The notes under the pieces are model-generated. The model was not told where the DNA came from. It searched no databases and was given only the letters and a program-made list of their open reading frames with translations. Positions 42,180 to 52,209 of a stretch of DNA of 64,000 nt are shown one piece after another. The position numbers were made by a program, and so were the translations under genes. Numbering within the stretch: position 1 is the first letter of the stretch; each line of letters starts with the position of its first letter. Source of the DNA: an uncultured Nitrososphaeria archaeon (GTDB lineage Archaea > Thermoproteota > Nitrososphaeria > Geothermarchaeales > JDFR-13); NCBI GenBank assembly GCA_964437705.1, contig CAYTHX010000002.1, positions 16,916 through 80,915 on the forward strand. The letters run 5' to 3'.

Positions 42180-42932
42180 TTGAACGCTACACAAAACCTC
42201 GAAAAATATATTTATATCGTTTTATTATTCACTAATCGCTATATAGAATATTTTGACTGTATAATGACGCAGCTTATACCAGAGAAAGATAAAGAGATTA
42301 TTAAAAGTGAGTATTGGAGTAAGTTAACGAATAGAGTTAGGTTAATATACTTTGATACTAGACGCGAAGACTGCCAGTATTGCAGTACCATTAGGAATTT
42401 ATATAGAGAGCTTACAGACATGAGTGACTTACTAGACTTAGATATTGTTTACTTCGAGGATAATCCTGAGCTTGCTAAGAAGTATGAAGTATCTGCAGCG
42501 CCTACTGTCGTATTAAAAGGTGCTAATAAAGGACTACTAAAATTTTACGGTTTACCAGCAGGTTCTGAATTCCCTAATTTTATAGATATTATTGTTAAGG
42601 TATCGAATGGGGCTACAGATCTGAATAGGGAAATCATCAATAAAATTCATAAGATTATTCGAGATAAAGTTAAAATTAAAGTTTTTATTACACCAACTTG
42701 TCCATATTGCCCAAGAATGGTTAGTTTAGTATTTCAGTTTGCTATAGTAAGTGAATATGTTGATGCCGAAGCGTGGGAAGCTGTAGAATTTCCTGAGGAA
42801 TCTAGACGGTATGATGTTAAAGCAGTTCCTAAAACAATTATTAATGAAGACTTATCATTTGAGGGTCTAGTATCTCCTGAATACCTACTACACTATATTT
42901 ATCATGCATTATATGGTGCGGAAAGTAAATAA
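42180..42932 (+). CDS. protein disulfide oxidoreductase (two thioredoxin-fold units)
   Basis: Two CxxC active sites (CQYC and CPYC) in tandem thioredoxin-like halves. Confidence 0.7.
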   Translation: MNATQNLEKYIYIVLLFTNRYIEYFDCIMTQLIPEKDKEIIKSEYWSKLTNRVRLIYFDTRREDCQYCSTIRNLYRELTDMSDLLDLDIVYFEDNPELAKKYEVSAAPTVVLKGANKGLLKFYGLPAGSEFPNFIDIIVKVSNGATDLNREIINKIHKIIRDKVKIKVFITPTCPYCPRMVSLVFQFAIVSEYVDAEAWEAVEFPEESRRYDVKAVPKTIINEDLSFEGLVSPEYLLHYIYHALYGAESK

Positions 42933-42934
42933 TC

Positions 42935-43786
42935 ATGTCCAGAGGGAGTTTAATTAGAAAAGCTGCTGAGGAGATTTATGGACCTGATAAAGCAAAACTA
43001 GCTATTCGAAGTTATGATATTATTGGAGATATAGCCGTTATTAAGGTTCCTGACGAATTGATGGATAAGAGATTTGAATTTGGAGAAAAAATTATTGAGT
43101 ATATTAAGGGCATTAATACTGTATTTAGACAAAAAAGCCCAGTTAAAGGCAGTTATAGGCTAAGAGATTTAGAGTTTTTAGCTGGACAATATAAAACTTT
43201 AACATTACATAAGGAATATGGATGTAAATTTTACGTTGATGTTTTGAGAACCTATTACACACCTAGACTCTCGACTGAAAGATGGAGAATAACTAATCTT
43301 GTAGGTAGCGATGAAGTTATTGTTAACATGTTTGCTGGTGTTGGTCCATACTCGATACTTATAGCTAGGTATAAGCCAGTTAAGGAGATTTATAGTATCG
43401 ATATAAATTATGAAGCATATAAATTGCATGGAATTAACGTTAGAATAAATAAGGTTAGTGATAAGGTTATGGTTATGCTTGGAGACGCAGGTGAAGTGAT
43501 TAAAACTAATTTAGTCGGAGTTGCAGATAGAGTTTTAATGCCTCTACCAGAATTAGCTTTGGAGTATCTTAGTTATGCAATATTATCTTTAAAACATGTT
43601 GGATGGATCCATATTTATCTACATATTTCATATCAGAAGAGAGAAGAGGATGCCTTAAAAAGAGCTGCTGAAATCGTAAGAAATGCACTTAAAGGATATG
43701 AGTTACTTGATCTATACGTGCATAGAGTTAGGGAGGTTGGAACTAGACTACTTCAAGTTTGTGTTGATGCTAAAATCCAAAAATAA
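42935..43786 (+). CDS. tRNA (guanine37-N1)-methyltransferase Trm5/Taw2-family (class I SAM MTase)
   Basis: Met-10+-like domain with SAM motif NMFAGVGPYS and an NPPY-like D/N-rich region. Confidence 0.7.
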   Translation: MSRGSLIRKAAEEIYGPDKAKLAIRSYDIIGDIAVIKVPDELMDKRFEFGEKIIEYIKGINTVFRQKSPVKGSYRLRDLEFLAGQYKTLTLHKEYGCKFYVDVLRTYYTPRLSTERWRITNLVGSDEVIVNMFAGVGPYSILIARYKPVKEIYSIDINYEAYKLHGINVRINKVSDKVMVMLGDAGEVIKTNLVGVADRVLMPLPELALEYLSYAILSLKHVGWIHIYLHISYQKREEDALKRAAEIVRNALKGYELLDLYVHRVREVGTRLLQVCVDAKIQK

Positions 43787-43885
43787 GAAATAGTTTTAAT
43801 TTTTTAAGGAGGAAATAATTTCTACTCAGCAGAGTATCGTAAATATATAAATATATTTTGATACCTAAAGTATATTTGAATAATC

Positions 43886-44221
43886 GTGAATACGAGGTGG
43901 TGGTTTAATATAAGTTCGGATATATGCCCAATATGTGGGCTACCTAAGGACCTTTGTATCTGCGGTACTTTGAAGTTGGAGGAAACAAGAATAAAGGTGA
44001 GGAAGGAGATTCGAAGGTTTAACAAGCCAGTTACAATTATAGAGGGAATAAACGAGAAAGATCATGATCTAGAAAAAATTGCTAAGAAATTAAAATCTTG
44101 GTTAGCATGTGGTGGTACAGTTAAAGATGGAAAAATTATCTTAATGGGTGATCATAAGGATAGAATTGTTGAATACTTAGAGAAACTTGGTTTTAGTAGA
44201 GAAAGAATTGAGGTTATATAG
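43886..44221 (+). CDS. sui1: translation initiation factor SUI1 (aSUI1/eIF1)
   Basis: Zn-ribbon-like N-terminus (CPICGLPKDLCIC) and a SUI1 core (RRFNKPVTIIEGI...GGTVKDGKIILMGDH). Confidence 0.8.
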   Translation: MNTRWWFNISSDICPICGLPKDLCICGTLKLEETRIKVRKEIRRFNKPVTIIEGINEKDHDLEKIAKKLKSWLACGGTVKDGKIILMGDHKDRIVEYLEKLGFSRERIEVI

Positions 44222-44410
44222 TTGAAAAAACGTAAGCGGCGAATTAAAGTTTGTCCAGTATGTCATAGCCCAGAGATAAAGTTATCTAGTGCTTTCAACG
44301 GATGGCTCACACCAGAGATATACGTATGTATGAAATGTGGTTACAGAGGGCCAATAGTCTTAGAGCTAGAGGTTTTAGGCGATGTGGAAAACGCTGATTC
44401 AAGCAGTTAG
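44222..44410 (+). CDS. small C4 zinc-ribbon protein
   Basis: CPVCHS...CMKCGY. Starts at the stop codon of sui1. Confidence 0.4.
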   Translation: MKKRKRRIKVCPVCHSPEIKLSSAFNGWLTPEIYVCMKCGYRGPIVLELEVLGDVENADSSS

Positions 44411-45398
44411 AAAAATCATAGCAGTATTATCACTGATTCTACTACCAATATATTTTCTAAGTATTTTCTTGACTGTAGATGGTTATGTTCTTGCATTTAA
44501 AAGCAGTCCTCCTGAAAGTATCTTTTATAGGGTATTTTATTTCCCCATGTATATCGGCCCTATACCATTTTATATTCCAATTTATATGGTATACACACCA
44601 AGACTATCAGAGCTCATGTTACTCCTGCTAACTATATATACTATATGTTTGACATCAACTATATTTAAGGAGTGCAATATTCTTAGAGCATTAAAGTGGG
44701 GTGTCAATCCTTTTAAGAATGCGTTTATATCAACTACAGCATTAACTAACGCAAGCATACTTCTCATCCTGTTAATTCAATTTATACAGGAAAAAGCAGG
44801 TATAGAAACTGGTGAAATAAAAGCTGAAAATGAACTATTAAAATACATCTCTATTGCTCTTGCACCACTAATAGAAGAAATCGGCTTTAGGATATTTCTT
44901 ATCGGAATTATTTCTCTTATAATTACCATTGTGATACTTGGTATTCATAACCTTAGGATAAAGGAAATTATAGAATTCTTATTGTTCCCTAGATCAGCAC
45001 GAAAAAGGGTTTATATGGAAACCGGTAAGGATTCATTAAGGATACCGCTAATTTTACTGGTAATTATTACCTCTATAATATTTGGTGTTATACACTACCT
45101 ATATGGAGGCGGATGGGAAATCGGTAAAATATCTACAGCTACAATAGCCGGTTTACTACTTGGATATCTTTACGTAGTATTTGGGATAGATGCATCAATA
45201 TTATCTCATTATACATTTAATCACTTCCTTATGACATACTACTATATTAGTAGAGTGAATAAACTTGTTGGCCTTATAGATTTCATAATCTTAGTTCAAG
45301 GATTCATAGCTATTATATACGGCATAATAATTATTATTGTAAGAGGATGGGAAAATGAAGTATCGATTAATGGACCTTCTAGCGTGTCCGAAGTGTAA
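44382..45398 (+). CDS. CPBP-family (CAAX protease-like) intramembrane metalloprotease
   Basis: EExxxR motif (EEIGFRIFL), FxxxH (FGVIHY) and a distal His (HYTFNH), with multiple TM helices. Confidence 0.65.
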   Translation: MWKTLIQAVRKIIAVLSLILLPIYFLSIFLTVDGYVLAFKSSPPESIFYRVFYFPMYIGPIPFYIPIYMVYTPRLSELMLLLLTIYTICLTSTIFKECNILRALKWGVNPFKNAFISTTALTNASILLILLIQFIQEKAGIETGEIKAENELLKYISIALAPLIEEIGFRIFLIGIISLIITIVILGIHNLRIKEIIEFLLFPRSARKRVYMETGKDSLRIPLILLVIITSIIFGVIHYLYGGGWEIGKISTATIAGLLLGYLYVVFGIDASILSHYTFNHFLMTYYYISRVNKLVGLIDFIILVQGFIAIIYGIIIIIVRGWENEVSINGPSSVSEV

Positions 45399-45723
45399 AA
45401 ACTTTCCATTAAAGTTGACTATATATGAAATTAAGGAATATCCAGATAGGAAATTTAAAATTTCAAAGTGTGAATTGTATTGTAGCTATTTAGATAAGTG
45501 GATTAATAAAGAGAAGATAGATACACCCTGTGATGAATGCATAAAAAAAGAGATTGTTGGCGGATTACTACAGTGTGAAAAATGTGGTGAGTGGTATCCA
45601 ATTTATGATGAAATCCCTATGATGCTATTTGGAGAGTTGAGGGATAAGAAGCTAGAAGCTATGTTTATATCAAAGTATAAGGATAAGCTTCCAAAGGAAA
45701 TTTTAGAACAGCTAAAGCAATGA
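45355..45723 (+). CDS. Trm112-like zinc-ribbon protein
   Basis: LLACPKCKNFPL ... LQCEKCGEWYPIYDEIPMM, the Trm112 signature. Confidence 0.5.
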   Translation: MKYRLMDLLACPKCKNFPLKLTIYEIKEYPDRKFKISKCELYCSYLDKWINKEKIDTPCDECIKKEIVGGLLQCEKCGEWYPIYDEIPMMLFGELRDKKLEAMFISKYKDKLPKEILEQLKQ

Positions 45724-46515
45724 CCTAAGCTTATCTACAGATGACAATAACATGTGGGTTCTTTCTATAGATATAGGTTTACTGATGTTTCCATCTTCAT
45801 GTAGGTATGTACCTACAATACCACCATCAGCAATTAGTAAGTAAGTATATATATTGATAGGATTTAGACCGCTACCGATGAATACTGGTACATTAACGGC
45901 ACACTTAACTTTAAATACATCAGTTATTTCGGGTGGTACTCCAGTTTTAATGCCAGTTATTATTAAAGCATCAGCGCCTCCTCTATTAACTGTCTCATCT
46001 GCACATAATATTATATCATTTGGATATATTTGTATTCCATGCTTCGTATTTATATCAGCCATAATGTAAATATACTTTACGTCACGATAAACCTCTCTAA
46101 TTCTAAAAAGCTCGTGTGCAACCGCTTCAATAAAACCTTCAGCAGTTGCTGCTACGCCAATTAAGTAATTAACTCTTATAAAATCAGCATCGGTAGCTAT
46201 AGCAATATCCATCGCAGAAAGAGCATCATTTCTCAAAATATTGATACCTAGCGGCTTAGTAAATATGGAACGAACCTCGCTAATTACTTCAATTAACAGT
46301 TCCTTTTTCCACGACTCAATATTCCCTTTTGAGAAGGGTTTGTCTCCAAAATTCTCAATTATAATACCATCTATTTCAGTATCCATAAGTTTATCAATAG
46401 CATCAACTGCATAACTAACTATATTTTTACTAGCACTTGCTTTTAACCTAGGTAGATGTATAACACCAATAATGGGCTTCTTCTTTTCAAAAAGCTTCAG
46501 AAAACTTTCACTCAT
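45712..46515 (-). CDS. BtpA/SgcQ-family TIM-barrel protein
   Basis: N-terminal KPIIGVIHLPRL resembles the BtpA motif. 267 aa. Confidence 0.55.
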   Translation of the reverse strand: MSESFLKLFEKKKPIIGVIHLPRLKASASKNIVSYAVDAIDKLMDTEIDGIIIENFGDKPFSKGNIESWKKELLIEVISEVRSIFTKPLGINILRNDALSAMDIAIATDADFIRVNYLIGVAATAEGFIEAVAHELFRIREVYRDVKYIYIMADINTKHGIQIYPNDIILCADETVNRGGADALIITGIKTGVPPEITDVFKVKCAVNVPVFIGSGLNPINIYTYLLIADGGIVGTYLHEDGNISKPISIERTHMLLSSVDKLRSLL

Positions 46516-46622
46516 GACTCATATAAAATATCGTTTTATGATTAATTAATTTAGATTACTCATTTTTAGTCTTAAGATTAAGTCTAAAATTTTGATGCTA
46601 CTTTATTATTGTAGGTGGTTAC

Positions 46623-47270
46623 TTGAGAGTTATAGTAGATATTCATGAACCTAAAGAGATTATAGAGAAATTAGAGAGACTCCTAGTGCCAACTATGGTT
46701 AAAAGTATCACACCAGGCGACTATATCATTGGAGACGTCGGAATTGAAAGGAAAAGCATATATGATTTCCATCAGTCAATTATTAAACGTAGAATTTTTG
46801 AACAGATCGCGAGACTTAATGAGGCGTATGGTAGAAGCATACTCATTATCGAGGGAGACTTAAATCAACTCTACAAGGAGAGAGATTATAGACCGTATAT
46901 TGGAGCTATCGTAGCAATTACTGTCGATTTAAAAACACCAATTATATTCACTAGAAATAAAGATGAGACAGCTTATGCATTGAGAAGTATATGGAGTAGA
47001 ATGGTAAAGAAAGGGGAAATTACAACCATTAGGTATAAACCTAAAATTCTTGATGAGAATGAGAGAAAGCTATTTATTTTGCAGGGTTTTCCTGATGTAG
47101 GGCCGAAATTAGCTGAGAGAATATTACTAAGATTTAGAACACTTAAAAACTTTTTCAACGCCTCAATTGATCAGTTAATGAATGTAGAAGGAATTGGAGA
47201 GAAGAAAGCAGAGGAAATCTACAAATTAATTAACTCACCTTATAAGCCTAAAGGAATAAAATTACTTTAA
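46623..47270 (+). CDS. xpf: short archaeal XPF (ERCC4 nuclease + HhH2)
   Basis: ERCC4 motif GDYIIGDVGIERKSIYD and a C-terminal tandem helix-hairpin-helix (GFPDVGPKLAERIL...VEGIGEKKAEEI). Confidence 0.75.
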   Translation: MRVIVDIHEPKEIIEKLERLLVPTMVKSITPGDYIIGDVGIERKSIYDFHQSIIKRRIFEQIARLNEAYGRSILIIEGDLNQLYKERDYRPYIGAIVAITVDLKTPIIFTRNKDETAYALRSIWSRMVKKGEITTIRYKPKILDENERKLFILQGFPDVGPKLAERILLRFRTLKNFFNASIDQLMNVEGIGEKKAEEIYKLINSPYKPKGIKLL

Positions 47271-47391
47271 TCAAAAATTAGAAGCTACCTAAGCTTAAAG
47301 TAACTATTATATAAAGTATTAAAATATCTTGAGGGAAATTTATGGTTTCTCTTTAATTAAAAGATATAAGAAATGATTGAGATAATCAAGG

Positions 47392-48063
47392 TTAAGTTAT
47401 TAGTGGCAAGATTTCCTTGTATATAAATTGAATAAACTGCTCTTCATCGATATTTGAGAACATGGCTAATACACAATTTCTAGTTATACCAACAATATAT
47501 CCATATTTTGTAAATTCGAATACTACGTACCAGATTTTTCCGTGCTCAAGGTACATTGTATAGAGACTAGTATTTGTTAATGCATCACCATATAAGCTTA
47601 ACTTCTTGATATTAGGGATATCTACGTTATCAAAGAATATTACTTTGGAAGCCTCAGGATTAGTTTCATGCAATGCCTTTAAAACTTCATGTGTAATTTG
47701 CGCTTCTACAACCTCTCCAATTTTAATGAATAACGCTTCGCTAACTTTATTGGCAATGTAATTTGCTAATAACTTCTTCTCCAAGATAATTAAGTAAATA
47801 ATATCCTTGTATCTTTTGAAAAATAATTTTGACTCCCTAGTAACTGGTACTTTCTTTTCTTCGCCCCTATAATTAACTACAATAACTTTGTCCATATAGA
47901 ATTTACATCTTAATTCATCACCCATAAACTTGAAGTCTCCAAAATTTGACTTTAACGTTAAATCATCAGCTTCTTCTTCCTCTTCAAAATTTTTTAATTT
48001 CTCAGCTATCAGATCAAAATCCATGTCTTGTTTAAGTTTAAAAATCTTTGCTGCTAGTACCAA
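47392..48063 (-). CDS. hypothetical protein
   Basis: 223 aa with an acidic stretch (EEEEEADD). No motif. Confidence 0.35.
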   Translation of the reverse strand: MVLAAKIFKLKQDMDFDLIAEKLKNFEEEEEADDLTLKSNFGDFKFMGDELRCKFYMDKVIVVNYRGEEKKVPVTRESKLFFKRYKDIIYLIILEKKLLANYIANKVSEALFIKIGEVVEAQITHEVLKALHETNPEASKVIFFDNVDIPNIKKLSLYGDALTNTSLYTMYLEHGKIWYVVFEFTKYGYIVGITRNCVLAMFSNIDEEQFIQFIYKEILPLIT

Positions 48064-48108
48064 ATTTAATTCACCATAAAATATTTTTGAAAAACTCTAT
48101 ATTTTGCA

Positions 48109-48831
48109 TTATATCTCCTCGGCACTTAGCCATAGAGACTCGAAATAGTGTCTAGCTAAATATATTAATTCCATGTGATTTGACCATATCGCAATTATAT
48201 CCTTTCCGGCTCCAAGGATTATCACGGCCTCCCTCGTATCTGAAATAGCACCTCCACCAAACATGCTATCTCTAACACGTACACATTCCTTAATAAGCTT
48301 AAATGAGTGAACAAGAGATTTAACAGTCAATACCCTAACTTTTATCCCTCTTTTCTTAAGAGCCTCAATTATTGGAATTATACCCTCCAACCTTATGTGA
48401 AGTGCTAGTAAAAGTTCTTCATTAGTATATCTGATCATATCAATCAATTTTTCACGGACATTATTTTCCCCATAGATTAACCATATATCTGGCTTTTCCG
48501 CGCTTAATCGACTTTCAAAAATAGGTTGTAAATTGGTAATAATTGTATCTGCATTACTATCTAGTTCTAAGATAATTTTATGTTTAGCTTCCATAATAGC
48601 CTCCCTAGGAGGCTTAGGCTTGAATACTATGGTGCTACCCTCCTGCAGTTTGTACACCCAGCCTTTCTGAACTAAGCCATTTAAGATAGAATATACCTTG
48701 GAGAAGGGGATGTTTGCTAGTAATGAAACCTTTTTAGCACTTAGAGAACCATGCATAACTAACGTTAAGTAAGCCTTAGCTTCATTTGGTGATAAACCAA
48801 ATTTACATAGAGATTTTAGAAGATCACTCAT
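48109..48831 (-). CDS. TrmB-family transcriptional regulator
   Basis: N-terminal HTH (LSPNEAKAYLTLVMHGSLSAKKVSLLANIPFSKVYSILNGLVQKGWV) plus a C-terminal sensor-like domain. Confidence 0.6.
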   Translation of the reverse strand: MSDLLKSLCKFGLSPNEAKAYLTLVMHGSLSAKKVSLLANIPFSKVYSILNGLVQKGWVYKLQEGSTIVFKPKPPREAIMEAKHKIILELDSNADTIITNLQPIFESRLSAEKPDIWLIYGENNVREKLIDMIRYTNEELLLALHIRLEGIIPIIEALKKRGIKVRVLTVKSLVHSFKLIKECVRVRDSMFGGGAISDTREAVIILGAGKDIIAIWSNHMELIYLARHYFESLWLSAEEI

Positions 48832-48987
48832 TACTTAATCATAATAATGAATGCTTTTCTAGCTACTTTAGTATTTTAGAGAATAAAACTAAAAATTATT
48901 AACATTTCAGTATATTGATATCAATATTTGGCGTTGCTAATTTTACTACTTACCTTAAATAAGAAGTAATACAATTATTGATAGAGA

Positions 48988-49671
48988 ATGGATATTGGAA
49001 CTATAGCTCTAAGAAGATTAGAAATAATATCAAAAGAGTTACGTAGTAAATTTCCATTTGTTATTGGTCTAAAACTCTCTGGATCATTAGCAGAAGGCCA
49101 TTATTTTTATCTGCAATTTGGAGACGAGTATATATCATCAGATTATGATGTTGTTGTACTAGTGAATAAATATCCAAGCGAAAGGGAAATTGAAGAAATT
49201 CATCATATAATTTCTAAGCCTATACTTGGCGTTCCAGAGGAAAAACTGATACTACGAGATTTAGATATAAAGATATTAACAACTGAATATCCATATAAGG
49301 GTGTTGGGGTTAAGGTAGCTTCTATATATGATTCAGATATTAATGTACAGAGACATTTAGTGAGTGGAAAAATAGTTTTTGGTAAAGAAGTATTTGAGGA
49401 AGTGAAACCTAAATCTGATTGGATACTTAGACAATTAGCTCATAGAATTACTAAGAGGAAACGTATAATAGACTCTTTTATTGAACTAGGATATTTGGAT
49501 AGGGTAGCTACAATATATGGTATAAAAGAAGTTTCTGAAAAAATAAAGAAAACTATAAGAAAATTTAAGAATTATCATATAATGTCAGATAGTGATATTG
49601 AAAAATTAGTTTTAGAAGTTGATAATATTAAAAAAAGTTTATGTGAGAGGATAGATTATACAATCATGTAA
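48988..49671 (+). CDS. minimal nucleotidyltransferase-fold protein
   Basis: GS...DxD pattern (LSGSLAEGHYFY...SDYDVVVLV). Confidence 0.45.
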   Translation: MDIGTIALRRLEIISKELRSKFPFVIGLKLSGSLAEGHYFYLQFGDEYISSDYDVVVLVNKYPSEREIEEIHHIISKPILGVPEEKLILRDLDIKILTTEYPYKGVGVKVASIYDSDINVQRHLVSGKIVFGKEVFEEVKPKSDWILRQLAHRITKRKRIIDSFIELGYLDRVATIYGIKEVSEKIKKTIRKFKNYHIMSDSDIEKLVLEVDNIKKSLCERIDYTIM

Positions 49672-49683
49672 TATTTTAGTTAA

Positions 49684-50952
49684 CTACTTTTTAACCCAGC
49701 CTCTGTCTAACATCGCTCTATATACTCTTTGTACCGCAACTACGTATGCAGCATCCCTCATATGAATCTTCTTTTCCTTACTTACTTCATACACATCGTA
49801 GAATGCTTTAGTCATTTTCTGATCTAATTTTCTATGTACTTCCTCAAGAGACCAGTAATCTCCAGTAATATTCTGTACCCACTCAAAATATGATACTGTT
49901 ACACCACCAGCATTACAGAGAAAGTCTGGTATTTGTAGAACACCCTTCTCATATAGTATTTCATCTGCTTCAGGCGTTACTGGACCATTAGCAACCTCTG
50001 CTACAATCTTAGCCTTAACATTATCAGCATTATCCTTAGTGATTACATTTTCAATAGCTGCTGGGGCTAGTACATCCACCTCAAGCTCTAATAATTCTTT
50101 ATTTGTTATATTTGTAGCACCTGGGAAGTCTACTACACTACCATGTTCTCTCTTCCATTTTAAAACCTCATCGGCATTAAGGCCGTCAGCATTATATATT
50201 CCACCCTTTGAGTCGCTGACAGCGACAACTTTCATACCGAATTCCTCACTCATAATCTTAGCCATATAGTAACCAGCATTTCCATATCCTTGCACAGCGA
50301 TTGTTGATCCTTTCAATTCTAAGCCAGAAATTTTTGCTGCTTCCCTAGTTGTATATGCAGCACCCCTAGCTGTAGCATCTATTCTACCTAGGCTACCTCC
50401 TACACTTAGTGGTTTACCAGTGATTATTCCGAAAGCAGGATCTCTTCTTCGTGCAATCGTCTCATATTCATCCATCATCCAAGCCATAATTTGAGGATCT
50501 GTATATACGTCTGGAGCAGGAATATCTGAATATGGACTTATAATATCATAAATTGCTCTAATATAGCCTCTAGATAGTAATTCTTTTTCACGATCGCTCA
50601 TTTCTTTAGGATTACAAATTACTCCTCCCTTACCACCACCATATGGCAGATTTACAACAGCAGTTTTCCAAGTCATCCATGCTGCCAGAGCTTTAACTGT
50701 GCTTAATGTTTCTTCGGGATGATACCTAATACCACCTTTAGTTGGTCCTCTAGCCCAGTTATATTGAACTCTAAATCCTGTAAATACTTTAACTGAACCA
50801 TCATCCATTAATACCGGAATAGTAACGATTAAAACTCTTTGAGGCTGCTTTAAAAACGCCAGTGCTTCATCACTAATCTCCATATACTGTGCTGCTCTCT
50901 CAAGCTGCTTAACAGCAATCTCAAAAGGATCCAGACTCAAAAAGCAACACAC
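49684..50952 (-). CDS. gdhA: glutamate dehydrogenase
   Basis: Catalytic lysine box (GGGKGG), a Rossmann motif GYGNAGY, and [11 protein letters not shown]. Confidence 0.9.
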   Translation of the reverse strand: MCCFLSLDPFEIAVKQLERAAQYMEISDEALAFLKQPQRVLIVTIPVLMDDGSVKVFTGFRVQYNWARGPTKGGIRYHPEETLSTVKALAAWMTWKTAVVNLPYGGGKGGVICNPKEMSDREKELLSRGYIRAIYDIISPYSDIPAPDVYTDPQIMAWMMDEYETIARRRDPAFGIITGKPLSVGGSLGRIDATARGAAYTTREAAKISGLELKGSTIAVQGYGNAGYYMAKIMSEEFGMKVVAVSDSKGGIYNADGLNADEVLKWKREHGSVVDFPGATNITNKELLELEVDVLAPAAIENVITKDNADNVKAKIVAEVANGPVTPEADEILYEKGVLQIPDFLCNAGGVTVSYFEWVQNITGDYWSLEEVHRKLDQKMTKAFYDVYEVSKEKKIHMRDAAYVVAVQRVYRAMLDRGWVKK

Positions 50953-51290
50953 CTCCTCAAAAAGAATAATCGCTAGGGGGCATATATCCTTACGTATGAA
51001 AAGTCTATACAGTTTTATTTAGTAAAATAAATTTACCTTTAATAACTATGTTACTGCAAGAAAAAAGTTACATTTATATAAAAATATTTCTAAAATGCTT
51101 ATGCTATTTAAAAATAAAGTTAACATTTATATGCATGGATATTTGTTTAAAATTTTTCATAAATTTTTTAAATATACTAATTATTAAATAAGTTACGAGG
51201 TTTTTAACGCTTCCTAATATATAGCTTTCTTAATGTGATTATCTTGGTAACAATATTTTTATTAGATTGTGTTAATATGGATTTGAAGAA

Positions 51291-51893
51291 GTGTTGATAG
51301 ACTGGATAAGGAAATTGCGGGAATACTTACGCATAACTGGTGGAGATAGAATTTCAAGACGATACTTTGTTATGAATTCCTTTGATGGTGTAGTCACTAT
51401 TTTAGGCGTGTTAGTGGGGGCATTAACTACAGGAGTCACTAAACCAGAGATTATAATTGGTATTAGTGTTGGTACTACGATAGGAATGATGATATCAGGA
51501 TTCTCTGGAACGTTTATTGCTGAAAAGGCAGAAAGAGAAATAGATTTGGCAAATTTGAAACATGCTTTATTAGTTAAGGATTTAAAGGGTACTATATATG
51601 AAAGAGCTATTAAAGCAACTGTCTGGTGGGTATCATTTGTCGACGCAATTTCACCACTTATTTCTGGGATAATAGCATTGATACCTGAAATTCTGGCTTT
51701 ATATAGCTTTTTAGACGAATATACCGCAATCTTTGCCTCAATATCAGTAATTCTTATATTCCTCTTTGTATTAGGTGTATATCTATCAAAAATTACAAAT
51801 AAAAACTTACTTAAGGGAGGGCTTACATTATTACTAGTTGGTATAGGAACAACGTTAGTAATAATCTTTTTATTAGGAGGTATTAAATTATAG
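51291..51893 (+). CDS. VIT1/CCC1-like integral membrane protein
   Basis: Several TM helices and an N-terminal NSFDGVVTILGVLVG resembling the VIT-family motif. Confidence 0.4.
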   Translation: MLIDWIRKLREYLRITGGDRISRRYFVMNSFDGVVTILGVLVGALTTGVTKPEIIIGISVGTTIGMMISGFSGTFIAEKAEREIDLANLKHALLVKDLKGTIYERAIKATVWWVSFVDAISPLISGIIALIPEILALYSFLDEYTAIFASISVILIFLFVLGVYLSKITNKNLLKGGLTLLLVGIGTTLVIIFLLGGIKL

Positions 51894-51909
51894 ATTTTAT
51901 TGGAGCTAA

Positions 51910-52209
51910 ATGGTGATTGGTAGGGTGGGATTTAGAGAGGGAGATAATGTAAGGATAAGACATTTAATCCTTGACGTGTTAAAACCACATTATCCGGGTA
52001 TTGTTGAGTTGAGCAAAGCGTTAGCAGGCGTAGATGGTGTAGATAGAGTAACCATAGATATTGTTGAGATGGATCAAGATACTGAGAGCGTTAAAATCGA
52101 AATTGAGGGTAATAATATTAATGTTGAGAAACTCATAAAAAGAATTAAGGAAATGGGAGCTTCTGTCCATAGTATTGACTCAGTTACAACCGAAATATCA
52201 AAGGTTTAA
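51910..52209 (+). CDS. small conserved archaeal hypothetical protein (DUF211-like)
   Basis: 99 aa. Its stop overlaps the Lhr start (ATGA). Confidence 0.35.
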   Translation: MVIGRVGFREGDNVRIRHLILDVLKPHYPGIVELSKALAGVDGVDRVTIDIVEMDQDTESVKIEIEGNNINVEKLIKRIKEMGASVHSIDSVTTEISKV

